A stretch of DNA of 58,622 bases. Origin: Cytophagales bacterium. Its GTDB lineage: Bacteria > Bacteroidota > Bacteroidia > Cytophagales > Cyclobacteriaceae. The position numbers and the translations under genes were made by a program. The stretch spans positions 1 through 58,622 of the forward strand of contig SXYU01000023.1 of NCBI GenBank assembly GCA_005788235.1. Reading direction: 5' to 3'. Below, one piece after another: positions 1-9,212 of this stretch. The notes under the pieces were generated by a model, which ran no database searches, had not been told where the DNA came from, and saw only the letters and a list, made by a program, of their open reading frames with translations. Every line of letters begins with the position of its first letter. The stretch's first letter is position 1.

Positions 1-162
1 GCCCCAAGGAATGTTGCTGGTATTTGTATTCCCGAAAAGTCGAGTAAAGACCTGATAAACGATAATTTTCTTGGGCGGCATGGCGATTGGATCTGCAGGT
101 TTGGGAGTTTGGCTGGAAAATAGGGTCAAGGCCAAGAGGGCAGGGAGGACTATTTTTTTCAT
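1..162 (-). CDS. Alpha-amylase family (GH13) glycoside hydrolase, N-terminal part; runs off the window edge
   Basis: Not in the ORF track. Manual translation from ATG at 162 gives MKKIVLPALLALTLFSSQTPKPADPIAMPPKKIIVYQVFTRLFGNTNTSNIPWG: a signal peptide followed by the IxYQVFTRLFGN start I recognise from Bacteroidota GH13 proteins. It begins 4 nt after the M20 peptidase stop. Confidence 0.75.
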   Translation of the reverse strand, partial: MKKIVLPALLALTLFSSQTPKPADPIAMPPKKIIVYQVFTRLFGNTNTSNIPWG

Positions 163-166
163 CAAC

Positions 167-1456
167 TTATCGAGTCAGGCGGTACAGTAAAATTGTATTT
201 CGTTTGATCAAGGCAGGGAATTGCTTCATGTTGATGGTTTCTCCAGGGGCATGCGCACCAGAACCCGAAGCTCCTAACCCATCCAAACTGTCCATAAAGG
301 AAGCTACGAAAGAGATGTCTCCTGCACCACGGCTGCCCGGATCGCCTGGCTTCACTGGACCATAGCCTAGGTCTTGGCTAACTTGACTAAGGGTTTCGGC
401 TAGGGCATAGTTGCCTGGGGTAGGCTCCATGGATGGAATGCCATTGGAAAAGGTGATCTCTGCGTCGGTTTGGTGCAGGTTTTTGGCGACGATTTCACGC
501 ATTTTAGCGCGTGCGGCTTCCTTTTGTGCTTCCCCCAGAAAGCGCAAATCTCCTGTTACGATAGTTTCACGTGCGACAATATTGGTTTTCCCAAGGGAAC
601 TGCCGGCACCAGTACTTGAATTGATATTCACATCCGATCCGCCGACGATTTGGCCTGGGTTGAAGGTTAAGTACTTTTCCCCTGCGAGGGCTTCGCGAAA
701 CTCATTCAGGATGCGTGCCGCTTCGTAGATGGCTCCATAGCCGGCGTTTTGGCCAAATACCCCACTAGAGTGGCCTTGCTTTCCGCTGGTCTTCAAGGTC
801 CAGCCAGAGGCTCCTCTGCGAGCCACGGTCGCTCCGCCAAAACCCTGAGCCGTCTCATAAGCCAAGGCAAGGTCATGCGTTTTGGCTCTGGCGATGAAAT
901 CCTGTCTGGATAAGGTTCCATTTCCTGTGCTTTCCTCATCTCCATTGAAATACACGGTGATGGTTCGGTCTTCCAAGAGTCCCAGTTCATGCATGGCCTT
1001 GAGGCTGGTAAGCACGAGTACATCGCCCCCTTTCATGTCGTTGGCTCCTTGGCCTGTGGCGGTGCTGTCATTGATCCATGTGAAGGGAGTGAAGGGCATG
1101 TCTTTTTCAAAGACCGTATCCAAGTGCCCGATGAGGAAGAGTTTTTTTCCTTTGCTCCCTTTACGGGTAGCTACAAAATGTCCTGCACGCTTTACTTCTG
1201 CGGGAACATCTACCCACTCGGTTTGAAATCCGATTTTTTGAAATTCCCGTTCAAAAACACGGCCCACTTCTCGCACACCTTCCAGGTTGAGTGAACCCGA
1301 ATTGATGTTGATGACCTCCTCCAAGAGCGCTACCGTTTCCTGGTAATTTTTATCGATGCGCTCGAGCAATTTTTTCTCCTCCTTGCTCAATTGCTGTTGG
1401 GCGAAGGAAAAGAGTGGAGCGGATACCAGAAGCAGGGCGAAAACAAAGCGTTTCAT
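167..1456 (-). CDS. Secreted M20/M25/M40 family metallo-hydrolase (glutamate carboxypeptidase-like)
   Basis: Sec signal peptide; metal-ligand motifs GHLDTV, GANDMKGG, DEE and C-terminal GAHAPGE. Confidence 0.88.
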   Translation of the reverse strand: MKRFVFALLLVSAPLFSFAQQQLSKEEKKLLERIDKNYQETVALLEEVININSGSLNLEGVREVGRVFEREFQKIGFQTEWVDVPAEVKRAGHFVATRKGSKGKKLFLIGHLDTVFEKDMPFTPFTWINDSTATGQGANDMKGGDVLVLTSLKAMHELGLLEDRTITVYFNGDEESTGNGTLSRQDFIARAKTHDLALAYETAQGFGGATVARRGASGWTLKTSGKQGHSSGVFGQNAGYGAIYEAARILNEFREALAGEKYLTFNPGQIVGGSDVNINSSTGAGSSLGKTNIVARETIVTGDLRFLGEAQKEAARAKMREIVAKNLHQTDAEITFSNGIPSMEPTPGNYALAETLSQVSQDLGYGPVKPGDPGSRGAGDISFVASFMDSLDGLGASGSGAHAPGETINMKQFPALIKRNTILLYRLTR

Positions 1457-1492
1457 GGGATGGGAATTTGGGAAACTTGTGAAAGGCTAAAG

Positions 1493-2386
1493 TTAGTAAA
1501 CCGACAGGGAATTGCCAGAAGGAATGTGGTAGACTGGGACGCCAGGGACATGGGTGTGCAACCAATTTTTTACAAATCCGGAGCCTCCTTCTTCACTGGC
1601 TGAGTGGCCGATCTCGACCATGGAAAGTTTCATTCCGAGTTCATTGGCCGTTTTGACGTATTCGGGAGTTTCCCACTCGTTGGATTCCCCACAGATCAGC
1701 ACATCCGGACGGTGTTCTTGGATTCGGGTGATTTGCGTTTTCCCTCCCACGGCTCCAGGAAGGAGGAGTACTTTTGATACGGATTGGTTCAGGTCTCCCA
1801 CATAGCGCATGGCGGGCACCTGCATTCGGGTTTTGATGTGGTCGATCACCGCCTTCAAATTTGTTGGAGGGACCTGCAAAATCGGGCTTCCTGGTGTGTA
1901 GTAGTCCTTCCAACCGAGTTCCTCCACCACCCCGATCCGTACTCCATCGTCTTGCATGCGGTGCACGTAGTCGTGATTTCTCCAGATAGTGATCTGATGC
2001 TTGGCCAGTAGGTCGTATTTGCCACGAAATACAGGGTCATTCTGCAGGTAGTCGGTTTCGTCCTGACCCGAGTAAAAGGTAGGTTCGTGGGGAATAATCA
2101 GGTTGGCCTTCAACTCCACCGCCTTTTTGATGATCGCTATGCTGGGAAACATGGTGGTTACGATTCCCGTGACGATGGTGTCTCTAGAACCAATCTTGAT
2201 CGTATCCACCGTCTGGGCAAAGGGAGCCTTGGGCACTTGGGAGATAAACAAGTCCATGATCTCGCCTACAGTCCAGGATTTTTGGATGGGGCTAGCCCAA
2301 CCTGTAAAGGGAGTTGCAAGGAGTCCTGCACCGAGGAGGGCTCCCGATTGCAGAAGGAATTGCCGGCGAGGAGTTGATTTTTTCAT
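1493..2386 (-). CDS. NIF3/DUF34 dinuclear metal-centre protein with Tat signal peptide
   Basis: N-terminal TPRRQFL twin-arginine motif plus hydrophobic stretch; DUF34-type motifs ANLIIPHEPTFY, NHDYVH and GHSASEE. Confidence 0.82.
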   Translation of the reverse strand: MKKSTPRRQFLLQSGALLGAGLLATPFTGWASPIQKSWTVGEIMDLFISQVPKAPFAQTVDTIKIGSRDTIVTGIVTTMFPSIAIIKKAVELKANLIIPHEPTFYSGQDETDYLQNDPVFRGKYDLLAKHQITIWRNHDYVHRMQDDGVRIGVVEELGWKDYYTPGSPILQVPPTNLKAVIDHIKTRMQVPAMRYVGDLNQSVSKVLLLPGAVGGKTQITRIQEHRPDVLICGESNEWETPEYVKTANELGMKLSMVEIGHSASEEGGSGFVKNWLHTHVPGVPVYHIPSGNSLSVY

Positions 2387-2429
2387 ATCAAAGAAAAATT
2401 GGAGGTTGGTTTGGAGTGTAGCAATTGGT

Positions 2430-3074
2430 TTACTCCACTGTTACATCGGTTAGCCAGATGAAGCGCTTGCCTGTGGCGTCCTTGTGCTCCAAACTGAGTT
2501 GGATTGGGCCAAAGGTTACCGCCTTCTCCCAGGTCCAGGTGCGCCCTTCGGGGGCATTTCCTTTGCGGAAGGTCCATTCCAAGATTTGATGCTCCTTATT
2601 TAGGTACAAATCGTAGGCATCCCCAGGAGTATATCCGCCCTCGGCGCCGTAGAGAATGCTGAGTTTGGTGGAGGGAAGGCCCTGAATCGGGGAGGTCGCA
2701 TTTTCGAGTACTTCGTAGGTGTATCCAGTATCCCAGGCCAACTGGAAGGGCATCATAGCCCAATACTTATCGTTGATAAATGCCCCGTCCTGCTTCGGCA
2801 GGGAATCTGCCATTAGGCTGTAGGTAAAGCTGGTGTCTGCGTCAGCGAATGACACGGTACTGTCTTGGATATTCCATTTCCAAGATCGGGACACTAGGGT
2901 GACTGAGTCGCGCTGCACATTCCAGGTGTAGCCGATGGACCTGACCTGGTCCCAATTTTCAAAGCCATAAGCCTTGGCCACTTGCATGGGGAGGGAGTCA
3001 GGGACTGGGGCTTGCTGTTGACAGGAAGCAAAAAAACCCAGGAGAAGAAAGCTAAATAGCACTAGATTTTTCAT
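2430..3074 (-). CDS. Hypothetical lipoprotein (possibly DUF6503-like beta-rich protein)
   Basis: Lipobox FFASC; conserved-looking segments FINDKYWAMMPFQLAWD and GGYTPGDAYDLY. Confidence 0.7.
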   Translation of the reverse strand: MKNLVLFSFLLLGFFASCQQQAPVPDSLPMQVAKAYGFENWDQVRSIGYTWNVQRDSVTLVSRSWKWNIQDSTVSFADADTSFTYSLMADSLPKQDGAFINDKYWAMMPFQLAWDTGYTYEVLENATSPIQGLPSTKLSILYGAEGGYTPGDAYDLYLNKEHQILEWTFRKGNAPEGRTWTWEKAVTFGPIQLSLEHKDATGKRFIWLTDVTVE

Positions 3075-3093
3075 GGTAAGTTAGGGGTAGGAA

Positions 3094-3876
3094 TCAGGAA
3101 GTAGATTTGGATAGCCAATTTTTGAATTTTACATATTCGAGATACTGTGCCAAAGGTTGGAGGAAAAAGAGAAATCGATTTAAGAATAGGAGACTGCGAA
3201 AGAGGGTGGAGGGGAAAATTTTCTTTTTCCCTTTGGCAACACCCATTAGGATGGCTGAGGCGACCTCTGGAGGAGATTGAATTGGAAATGCTTTTGGAAT
3301 ATCGGTTCCTGCAGCATCGAAAAAAGAGGTAGCGGTAGCAATCGGATATACGAGAGTCAACCAATCTCCTGCCCGCTCCGCCCAGAGCGATTCGGCCCAT
3401 TGGAGGATTGCGGCTTTGGTGCTACCGTACAGGCTGTAGCCTGGAATGGCCCAATGGGCGATGGCCGAACAAGTGATTACATGCCGGAGGGATTGGTCAG
3501 GAAAAGCGCGTTTCAAGGCCAGCCCAAGTTGGATGGGTGAGTGCACATTTAGCTGAAAGAGGTGCTCCATCTCCTCCCAATTTTGCTGGGAGGCGTCTCC
3601 ATACTCTGCCCTACCTGCATTGGCGAAGCAAACATCAACCTGTGTCCAATTCGCGTTTACCCAGGCTAGTATTGCGGAGTTTCCTTCCTTAAGGCTTAAG
3701 TCTGCACACAAGGTTACCAAGTCTGGGAATTCGCTTTGAAGGGATTCCAAGGCTTCGGGGAGGAAGTCTACGGCCAAGATCTTTTGAGTTTGCGGATAGA
3801 GCTGGCTAACCAGCTCTCTGCCAATGCCTGAACCTGCTCCCGTGACAATGACTTTGGCGTCCTTGAAGCTATTCAT
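3094..3876 (-). CDS. SDR family NAD(P)-dependent oxidoreductase
   Basis: TGAGSGIG Rossmann motif, ANAG, YGSTK catalytic YxxxK. Start moved to ATG 3876 (MNSFKDAK), which overlaps the upstream stop. Confidence 0.88.
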   Translation of the reverse strand: MNSFKDAKVIVTGAGSGIGRELVSQLYPQTQKILAVDFLPEALESLQSEFPDLVTLCADLSLKEGNSAILAWVNANWTQVDVCFANAGRAEYGDASQQNWEEMEHLFQLNVHSPIQLGLALKRAFPDQSLRHVITCSAIAHWAIPGYSLYGSTKAAILQWAESLWAERAGDWLTLVYPIATATSFFDAAGTDIPKAFPIQSPPEVASAILMGVAKGKKKIFPSTLFRSLLFLNRFLFFLQPLAQYLEYVKFKNWLSKSTS

Positions 3877-4531
3877 GGTTGGGTAGTAGGAGAGGATTAG
3901 GGAAGTGAATGGTAAAAGGATTGACTTTGAGGGCAATTAAGGGATGGATGCCTACTAGGTCTGGAAAGAGTTGGGGATCTACCTTCATGCGCCGCACTCG
4001 AGCCAATTTGCCCCAGCCACTTCCTTTTGGGAGTGTAACAAATATTTTTTCATCCAGCGACTGCTTCAGGCGTAGTGGAAGCAAGGCGGTGCTGATTGGA
4101 AATGAAATTCCCCCATGGGTAATTTCTGTGTCGAGTAACTTTTTTCCATCCAGTTCCACCTGAATGCTGTCCTTACCTTTTTCTTTTTCCCAAAGGAAGC
4201 TCGCCGTCTCCTTGGGAATTCCCCAGTTTTTTCGACCCTGGTCGGTGCTGGCTTCCGAGCTGACCAGAATGCGGGTGATGGATTGAAATTTCTTTTCTCC
4301 GAATTGGCCTGGGATAAAAAGTAACTCCTGGTAGGGACCTACGGGGGAGCTGCTGTAATCCACCAGCATGACATAGCCGAAGCCTCCTTTAAATTGACCT
4401 TGGAGCTGGGCAGGGAGATTGGAATTGCTTTCTATCCAGGATTTTTTGAAGCGGTAGAGCAACATGATTCCTTCCCCATGTAGGGTCCAGGGTGGAGGTG
4501 CCGGCGTAAACTGTGGTGCTAACCTAGGCAT
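3869..4531 (-). CDS. Acetoacetate decarboxylase (ADC) superfamily protein
   Basis: PAPPPW N-terminus, YSSSPVGPYQEL and GRKNWGIPK (Schiff-base Lys motif). Start moved to ATG 4531, which overlaps the SDR stop by 8 nt. Confidence 0.78.
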   Translation of the reverse strand: MPRLAPQFTPAPPPWTLHGEGIMLLYRFKKSWIESNSNLPAQLQGQFKGGFGYVMLVDYSSSPVGPYQELLFIPGQFGEKKFQSITRILVSSEASTDQGRKNWGIPKETASFLWEKEKGKDSIQVELDGKKLLDTEITHGGISFPISTALLPLRLKQSLDEKIFVTLPKGSGWGKLARVRRMKVDPQLFPDLVGIHPLIALKVNPFTIHFPNPLLLPNHE

Positions 4532-5279
4532 AAGGGGAAGGGCTGATTGCGGTCCATCCCCCATCGATGATGAGGGTTTGGCCGGTGATGTGTCTGGCTG
4601 CATCTGAGAGGAGAAATGCTGCCGCTGCTGCAATATCTTCGGGGTAAGCTGGTCTGGCTAAGGGGGTGATCTTGGACCAGGTGGCCGCATAGTTTGGGTC
4701 CGAGGTAGTGCGTTCTGTCAGCGTCGCCCCTGGGGCAATGGTATTGATGCGTATGCCTAAGGGAGCAAGTTCCAACACTAGGTTTTTGGCCAGCATTTCG
4801 ATGGCCGCTTTGCTCATGGCGTAGGCTGCGAGATTTTCATGACTTTGGTGAGCGGTCACCGAGGAAGTAAATAAGATCGCTCCCTCTTTTTCCTGAGACT
4901 TCATTAGGCGAGCCACTGCTTGCGTGAGGAAGAAAGTCCCTGCCTGATTGACCCGGGCTACTTCCATAAAATCCGCTCTTCCATAGTCCAAAAAATTACC
5001 AAATTGCGTGATGCCAGCATTGCAAACCAGCTGGTCGATGGTCCCGTATTTTTTTACAGCAAGGGCCAGCATCTCCTCGATGACCTCTGGGTCTGCGGCG
5101 TCGCCCGAACAGCCGATGACCGATCCTTTTCCCAAACGAGAAAGCTGGGCTACGGCCTCCTGCGTAAGGCTTTTCTCCCGATCATTGAGGAGTATATGGG
5201 AACCCTCTTCCTGTAATTTCCGGGCTATGGCGAGTCCTATCCCTTGTCCTGCTCCGGTGATGAGTGCTACTTTGGTCAT
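4524..5279 (-). CDS. SDR family oxidoreductase (glucose 1-dehydrogenase/FabG-like)
   Basis: TGAGQGIG, CNAGI, YAMSK, IRINTIAPG, ITGQTLIIDGG. Confidence 0.9.
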   Translation of the reverse strand: MTKVALITGAGQGIGLAIARKLQEEGSHILLNDREKSLTQEAVAQLSRLGKGSVIGCSGDAADPEVIEEMLALAVKKYGTIDQLVCNAGITQFGNFLDYGRADFMEVARVNQAGTFFLTQAVARLMKSQEKEGAILFTSSVTAHQSHENLAAYAMSKAAIEMLAKNLVLELAPLGIRINTIAPGATLTERTTSDPNYAATWSKITPLARPAYPEDIAAAAAFLLSDAARHITGQTLIIDGGWTAISPSPYA

Positions 5280-5332
5280 TTGCTATTGTTAAGGATTCGA
5301 CTATAGGTGGCCAATTCTAATTGATTTAAAAT

Positions 5333-7051
5333 TTAGTGGGAATCTCGCTTTACTTCGGGCCCCGAACTTCCTTGGAGAAAATCGAAATCTACCCCTTCGT
5401 GGGCTTGGTTGACCTTGTCGAGAAACAAGTTGACATAGCCTCTGTCGTAAGGGAGAGGGCTTGGCTGAAATGCCGTTTGGCGCCTTGCCATTTCCTGGTC
5501 AGAAATCAGCAGATTCAGGCTTCGCTTGGGAACATCCAAGGCGATCAAGTCTCCGGTTTGCACCAGGGCAAGTGGCCCACCGATGGCGGATTCTGGGGAG
5601 ACATGCAGCACTACGGTACCGAAGCCCGTGCCGCTCATGCGCCCATCTGAGATGCGAACCATGTCTTTGACCCCTTTTTCTAAGAGTTTTTTGGGTAGCC
5701 CCATGTTGCCCACCTCGGGCATGCCAGGGTAGCCTTTTGGGCCAACTTTTTTCAAGACCATCACGCAGGTCTCGTCAATATCCAGCTGGGGGTCATCGAT
5801 TCGTGCTTTGTAATCGTCGATATCTTCGAAGACTACTGCTCGACCTGTATGGGTCAGCAGGCTAGGGCTGGCCGCCGATGGTTTCAGCACGGCTCCATTG
5901 GGACAAAGATTGCCTTTCAGTACGGCGATACCAGACTCCGGTTTGATGGGGTTTTCGAATGTGCCTATCAGGTTTCTGTCCCAGCATTCAGCCTTGGCAA
6001 TGTTTTCACCTAGGGTCTTGCCATTGATGGTGAGTGCTTCGGTATGGAGGTGCTTTTCGATCTCCTTCATGACTGCAGGCAGTCCGCCTGCATAAAATAG
6101 GTCCTCAATCCAATGCTCCCCAGAAGGCTGCACATTGGCGATGAGTGGAATCCGAGAAGAAAATTCATCAAAGTCTGCGAGGTCCAAGGGCACACCAATT
6201 CGTTTGGCAATGGCAATCAGGTGAAGGATGAAATTGGTAGATCCTCCTACGGCTGCGTTGACCATGATGGAATTTTCAAAGGCTTTGCGGGTAAGAATCT
6301 TATCCATGGTCAGGTCTTCCTTGACCATCTCCACAATGCGCATACCGGCCATGTGAGCCATTACTTTGCGTCGGGAATCCGCAGCGGGTATGGTGGCATT
6401 GTCTGGTAATGCCAATCCTAGGGCTTCCACCATGGCGGCCATCGTGGAGGCAGTGCCCATAGGTGCACAGTGTCCTACAGATCGGGACATGGCTGCTTCT
6501 GCTTCGATAAATTCTTCTTGGGAGAGTTTACCAAGCTTGAAGTCTTCAGCAAATCGCCAAATATCAGAGGTACCTATTTTTTTACCTTTGAATCGACCCA
6601 CAAGCATAGGGCCTCCCGAGAGCACGAGAGTGGGGAGGTTGACCGAGGCAGCGCCCATTACGAGAGATGGAGTGGTTTTGTCACAGCCACACATTAGGAT
6701 GACCCCGTCCATGGGATTGGCGCGGATGCTTTCTTCCACATCCATGGAGGCGAGGTTGCGAAAAAGCATGGCGGTGGGCTTGATGGAGCATTCGCCCAAG
6801 GACATGACCGGAAATTCGAGGGGAAATCCTCCTGCTTCCCAGATGCCGCGTTTGAGCGCTTCGGCCAAATCACGGAAGTGGGCATTGCAGGGGGTTAGTT
6901 CGGACCAGGTATTGCAGATGCCGATTACCGGCTTTTCGCCTTCAAATAGGTGGTGGGGGAGTCCTTGGTTTTTCATCCAAGACCGATAGATAAAACCGTC
7001 TTTACCAGTTCTGCCGTACCATTCCTGGCTTCTGAGTTTCTTTTTGGTCAT
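5333..7051 (-). CDS. IlvD/Edd family dehydratase, probably a sugar-acid (L-arabinonate-type) dehydratase
   Basis: ICNTWSELTPCNAH, GCDKTTP, CAPMGTASTM, GPKGYPGMPE, SDGRMSGT, LHVSPE and a C-terminal GVDFDFL..RDSH typical of pentonate dehydratases. Start moved to ATG 7051. Confidence 0.88.
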   Translation of the reverse strand: MTKKKLRSQEWYGRTGKDGFIYRSWMKNQGLPHHLFEGEKPVIGICNTWSELTPCNAHFRDLAEALKRGIWEAGGFPLEFPVMSLGECSIKPTAMLFRNLASMDVEESIRANPMDGVILMCGCDKTTPSLVMGAASVNLPTLVLSGGPMLVGRFKGKKIGTSDIWRFAEDFKLGKLSQEEFIEAEAAMSRSVGHCAPMGTASTMAAMVEALGLALPDNATIPAADSRRKVMAHMAGMRIVEMVKEDLTMDKILTRKAFENSIMVNAAVGGSTNFILHLIAIAKRIGVPLDLADFDEFSSRIPLIANVQPSGEHWIEDLFYAGGLPAVMKEIEKHLHTEALTINGKTLGENIAKAECWDRNLIGTFENPIKPESGIAVLKGNLCPNGAVLKPSAASPSLLTHTGRAVVFEDIDDYKARIDDPQLDIDETCVMVLKKVGPKGYPGMPEVGNMGLPKKLLEKGVKDMVRISDGRMSGTGFGTVVLHVSPESAIGGPLALVQTGDLIALDVPKRSLNLLISDQEMARRQTAFQPSPLPYDRGYVNLFLDKVNQAHEGVDFDFLQGSSGPEVKRDSH

Positions 7052-7128
7052 AAGGTCACTTTGCTTCTTTGAATTGGCCAAGAAGTTACCAAAAAATCCT
7101 ACAAAAGGATAGAAATAGGTGCCAGAAA

Positions 7129-7161
7129 TAAAAATCCCCTTGGCTTTTTGGCCAAAGGGAT
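7129..7161 (-). terminator. Rho-independent terminator downstream of murA
   Basis: Minus strand reads ATCCCTTTGGC-CAAAAA-GCCAAGGGGAT followed by a T-rich tail. Confidence 0.75.
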
Positions 7162-7185
7162 CTGAAAGTTTGGTGTCAAATAGAG

Positions 7186-8493
7186 TTAATCAATCCGAGT
7201 GATTTTGGCACCCAGCGCATTGAGACGCTCGTCGATGTTTTGGTAGCCGCGGTCGATTTGCTCAATATTATCAATCACCGAAGTACCGGTAGCAGACATG
7301 GCTGCAATCAAGAGAGATACCCCTGCACGGATGTCTGGGGAGGTCATCTTGATGCCTCGAAGCGGGTATTTTCGATCCAAACCGATGACCGTAGCCCGGT
7401 GCGGATCACAGAGGATGATCTGAGCACCCATGTCGATCAATTTATCCACGAAGAATAGTCGGGATTCAAACATTTTTTGGTGCACCAAAACAGTTCCCTT
7501 TGCCTGAGTGGCTGTCACCAAGATGATGGATAGGAGGTCAGGCGTGAAGCCAGGCCAGATTTGATCCGCTACCGTAAGAATAGATCCATCGATGAAGGTT
7601 TCGATTTCATAGTGTTTTTGTTCCGGTACAAAAATGTCATCCCCTCTAAACTCCAACCGGATGCCCATGCGTCGGAAGGTGTCTGGGATAATGCCCAATC
7701 GGTGGATTTGACAGTCCTTGATGGTGACTTCAGACTGAGTCATGGCGGCCATCCCGATGAAAGAGCCGATCTCAATCATGTCTGGAAGTAGCGTATGGGT
7801 AGTGCCTCCTAAGGTCTTTACTCCTTCGATGTGGAGGAGGTTGGATCCTACGCCAGTGATGTTGGCGCCCATTCGGTTGAGCATGTCGCAGAGTTGCTGC
7901 AAGTACGGTTCGCAGGCTGCATTGTAGATGGTGGTCTTCCCCTCGGCCATCACGGCTGCCATCACGATGTTGGCTGTACCGGTTACGGATGCCTCATCTA
8001 GGAGCATGTAGGTCCCTTTCAGATGCTTGCCATCGATGTGGAAGATCTCGTTTTTGGCATCGTAGTGAAACTTGGCACCTAATTTCTGAAAACCAAAAAA
8101 GTGAGTATCCATGCGTCGGCGGCCGATTTTATCTCCTCCTGGCTTGGATAGTTTACCCGTGCCAAAGCGCGCCAATAAGGGTCCTAGGATCATTACCGAA
8201 CCACGAAGTGCAGAGGCCTTATTAAGAAAATCTTGGGTTTCTAGGTAATCCAAATTCACCTCATCTGCCTGGAAAGTGTAGGATTCGGGTGCCAGTTTCT
8301 GCACCTTCACACCCATGTCAGAAAGTAGCTCGATAAGCTTGTTGACATCGCGAATATTAGGGATTTTGTGAATCGTAACCTTTTCAGAGGTTAATAGTAC
8401 GGCACAAAGGATTTGTAGCGCTTCGTTTTTTGCTCCTTGAGGAGTGATTTCTCCTTTGAGGCGGTGTCCACCTTCTACTTTAAAAGAGGCCAT
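7186..8493 (-). CDS. murA: UDP-N-acetylglucosamine 1-carboxyvinyltransferase
   Basis: GAKNEAL, LRGSVMILGPLLAR, PGGDKIGRR, SVTGTANI, PDMIEIGS, WPGFTPD, MFESR, DIRAG, IDRGY. Start moved to ATG 8493 (MASFKVEGG). Confidence 0.96.
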   Translation of the reverse strand: MASFKVEGGHRLKGEITPQGAKNEALQILCAVLLTSEKVTIHKIPNIRDVNKLIELLSDMGVKVQKLAPESYTFQADEVNLDYLETQDFLNKASALRGSVMILGPLLARFGTGKLSKPGGDKIGRRRMDTHFFGFQKLGAKFHYDAKNEIFHIDGKHLKGTYMLLDEASVTGTANIVMAAVMAEGKTTIYNAACEPYLQQLCDMLNRMGANITGVGSNLLHIEGVKTLGGTTHTLLPDMIEIGSFIGMAAMTQSEVTIKDCQIHRLGIIPDTFRRMGIRLEFRGDDIFVPEQKHYEIETFIDGSILTVADQIWPGFTPDLLSIILVTATQAKGTVLVHQKMFESRLFFVDKLIDMGAQIILCDPHRATVIGLDRKYPLRGIKMTSPDIRAGVSLLIAAMSATGTSVIDNIEQIDRGYQNIDERLNALGAKITRID

Positions 8494-8497
8494 GTGT

Positions 8498-9148
8498 TTA
8501 TCTGCGTTTTTTGTGGGCAGGGCGGAATTTTTTTCCGTGGTTATTTTTCTTTTTAGCGTGCTCCTCTTCTTGATGCGGAATTTTAAAATCTCTCCTTGTA
8601 TTGGATTCAAAAAGGGCATTTTCTTGAACTTTTTCCAAGTCGATATGAAGCTTGCCTTTGGAAAGAGTTTTGATGTCATCTAGGATGATATTGTCATCAA
8701 AATTATCCCGATTCCAGGTGGAGTGGAAACTACGCATCAGCTGTCCGATGTAGATGATTGCATTTTCCTGCTCTTCATCATTCTCGATCTCGATGGCTTT
8801 TTCGATTAGCTTCTCAATATTTCTACCGTAGTGTTTAAACTTGATTTGACCCTTTGGATAGCCAATATGAGGAGGCTTTTTACCCAACAACTCTTTTTCT
8901 GGCATTGGAAAAGGACCGTCTATATCTAAGGTAAAGTTTGACATGATGTACAAGTCATCCCATAGCTTTTGGTCATTTTCCTGTTTGACAGTAGGATTGA
9001 GTTGCTTGATGATTTCAATAATAGTGTGGGCACTTTGTGTACGTCGCTCTCGATCTTCAATCGCGACTACATGCTGTACCAGTTGTTGGATATTCTTTCC
9101 GTATTCTTTCAAAATAAGTTGTTGTTTTTCTGAATCGTTATGCTTCAT
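8498..9148 (-). CDS. DUF4290 domain-containing protein
   Basis: LILKEYGKNIQQLV, QKLWDDLYIMSNF.LDID.PFP, HYGRNI and a basic C-terminal tail; sits directly upstream of murA, the usual Bacteroidota arrangement. Confidence 0.85.
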   Translation of the reverse strand: MKHNDSEKQQLILKEYGKNIQQLVQHVVAIEDRERRTQSAHTIIEIIKQLNPTVKQENDQKLWDDLYIMSNFTLDIDGPFPMPEKELLGKKPPHIGYPKGQIKFKHYGRNIEKLIEKAIEIENDEEQENAIIYIGQLMRSFHSTWNRDNFDDNIILDDIKTLSKGKLHIDLEKVQENALFESNTRRDFKIPHQEEEHAKKKNNHGKKFRPAHKKRR

Positions 9149-9212
9149 GACGCCTCCTATTTTTTCCTTGTATAAGGTAATAAAAAAATAGCAAATGTAG
9201 GCGTGTACGGAA

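Noticed and set aside
8494-8679. Long N-terminal extension of MurA in the ORF track (similar extensions for the ADC protein, SDR, pcrA, haloperoxidase, menG and murF)
   Set aside because: The extensions overlap upstream genes or promoter regions and precede the family-typical N-terminus, so downstream ATGs were chosen.
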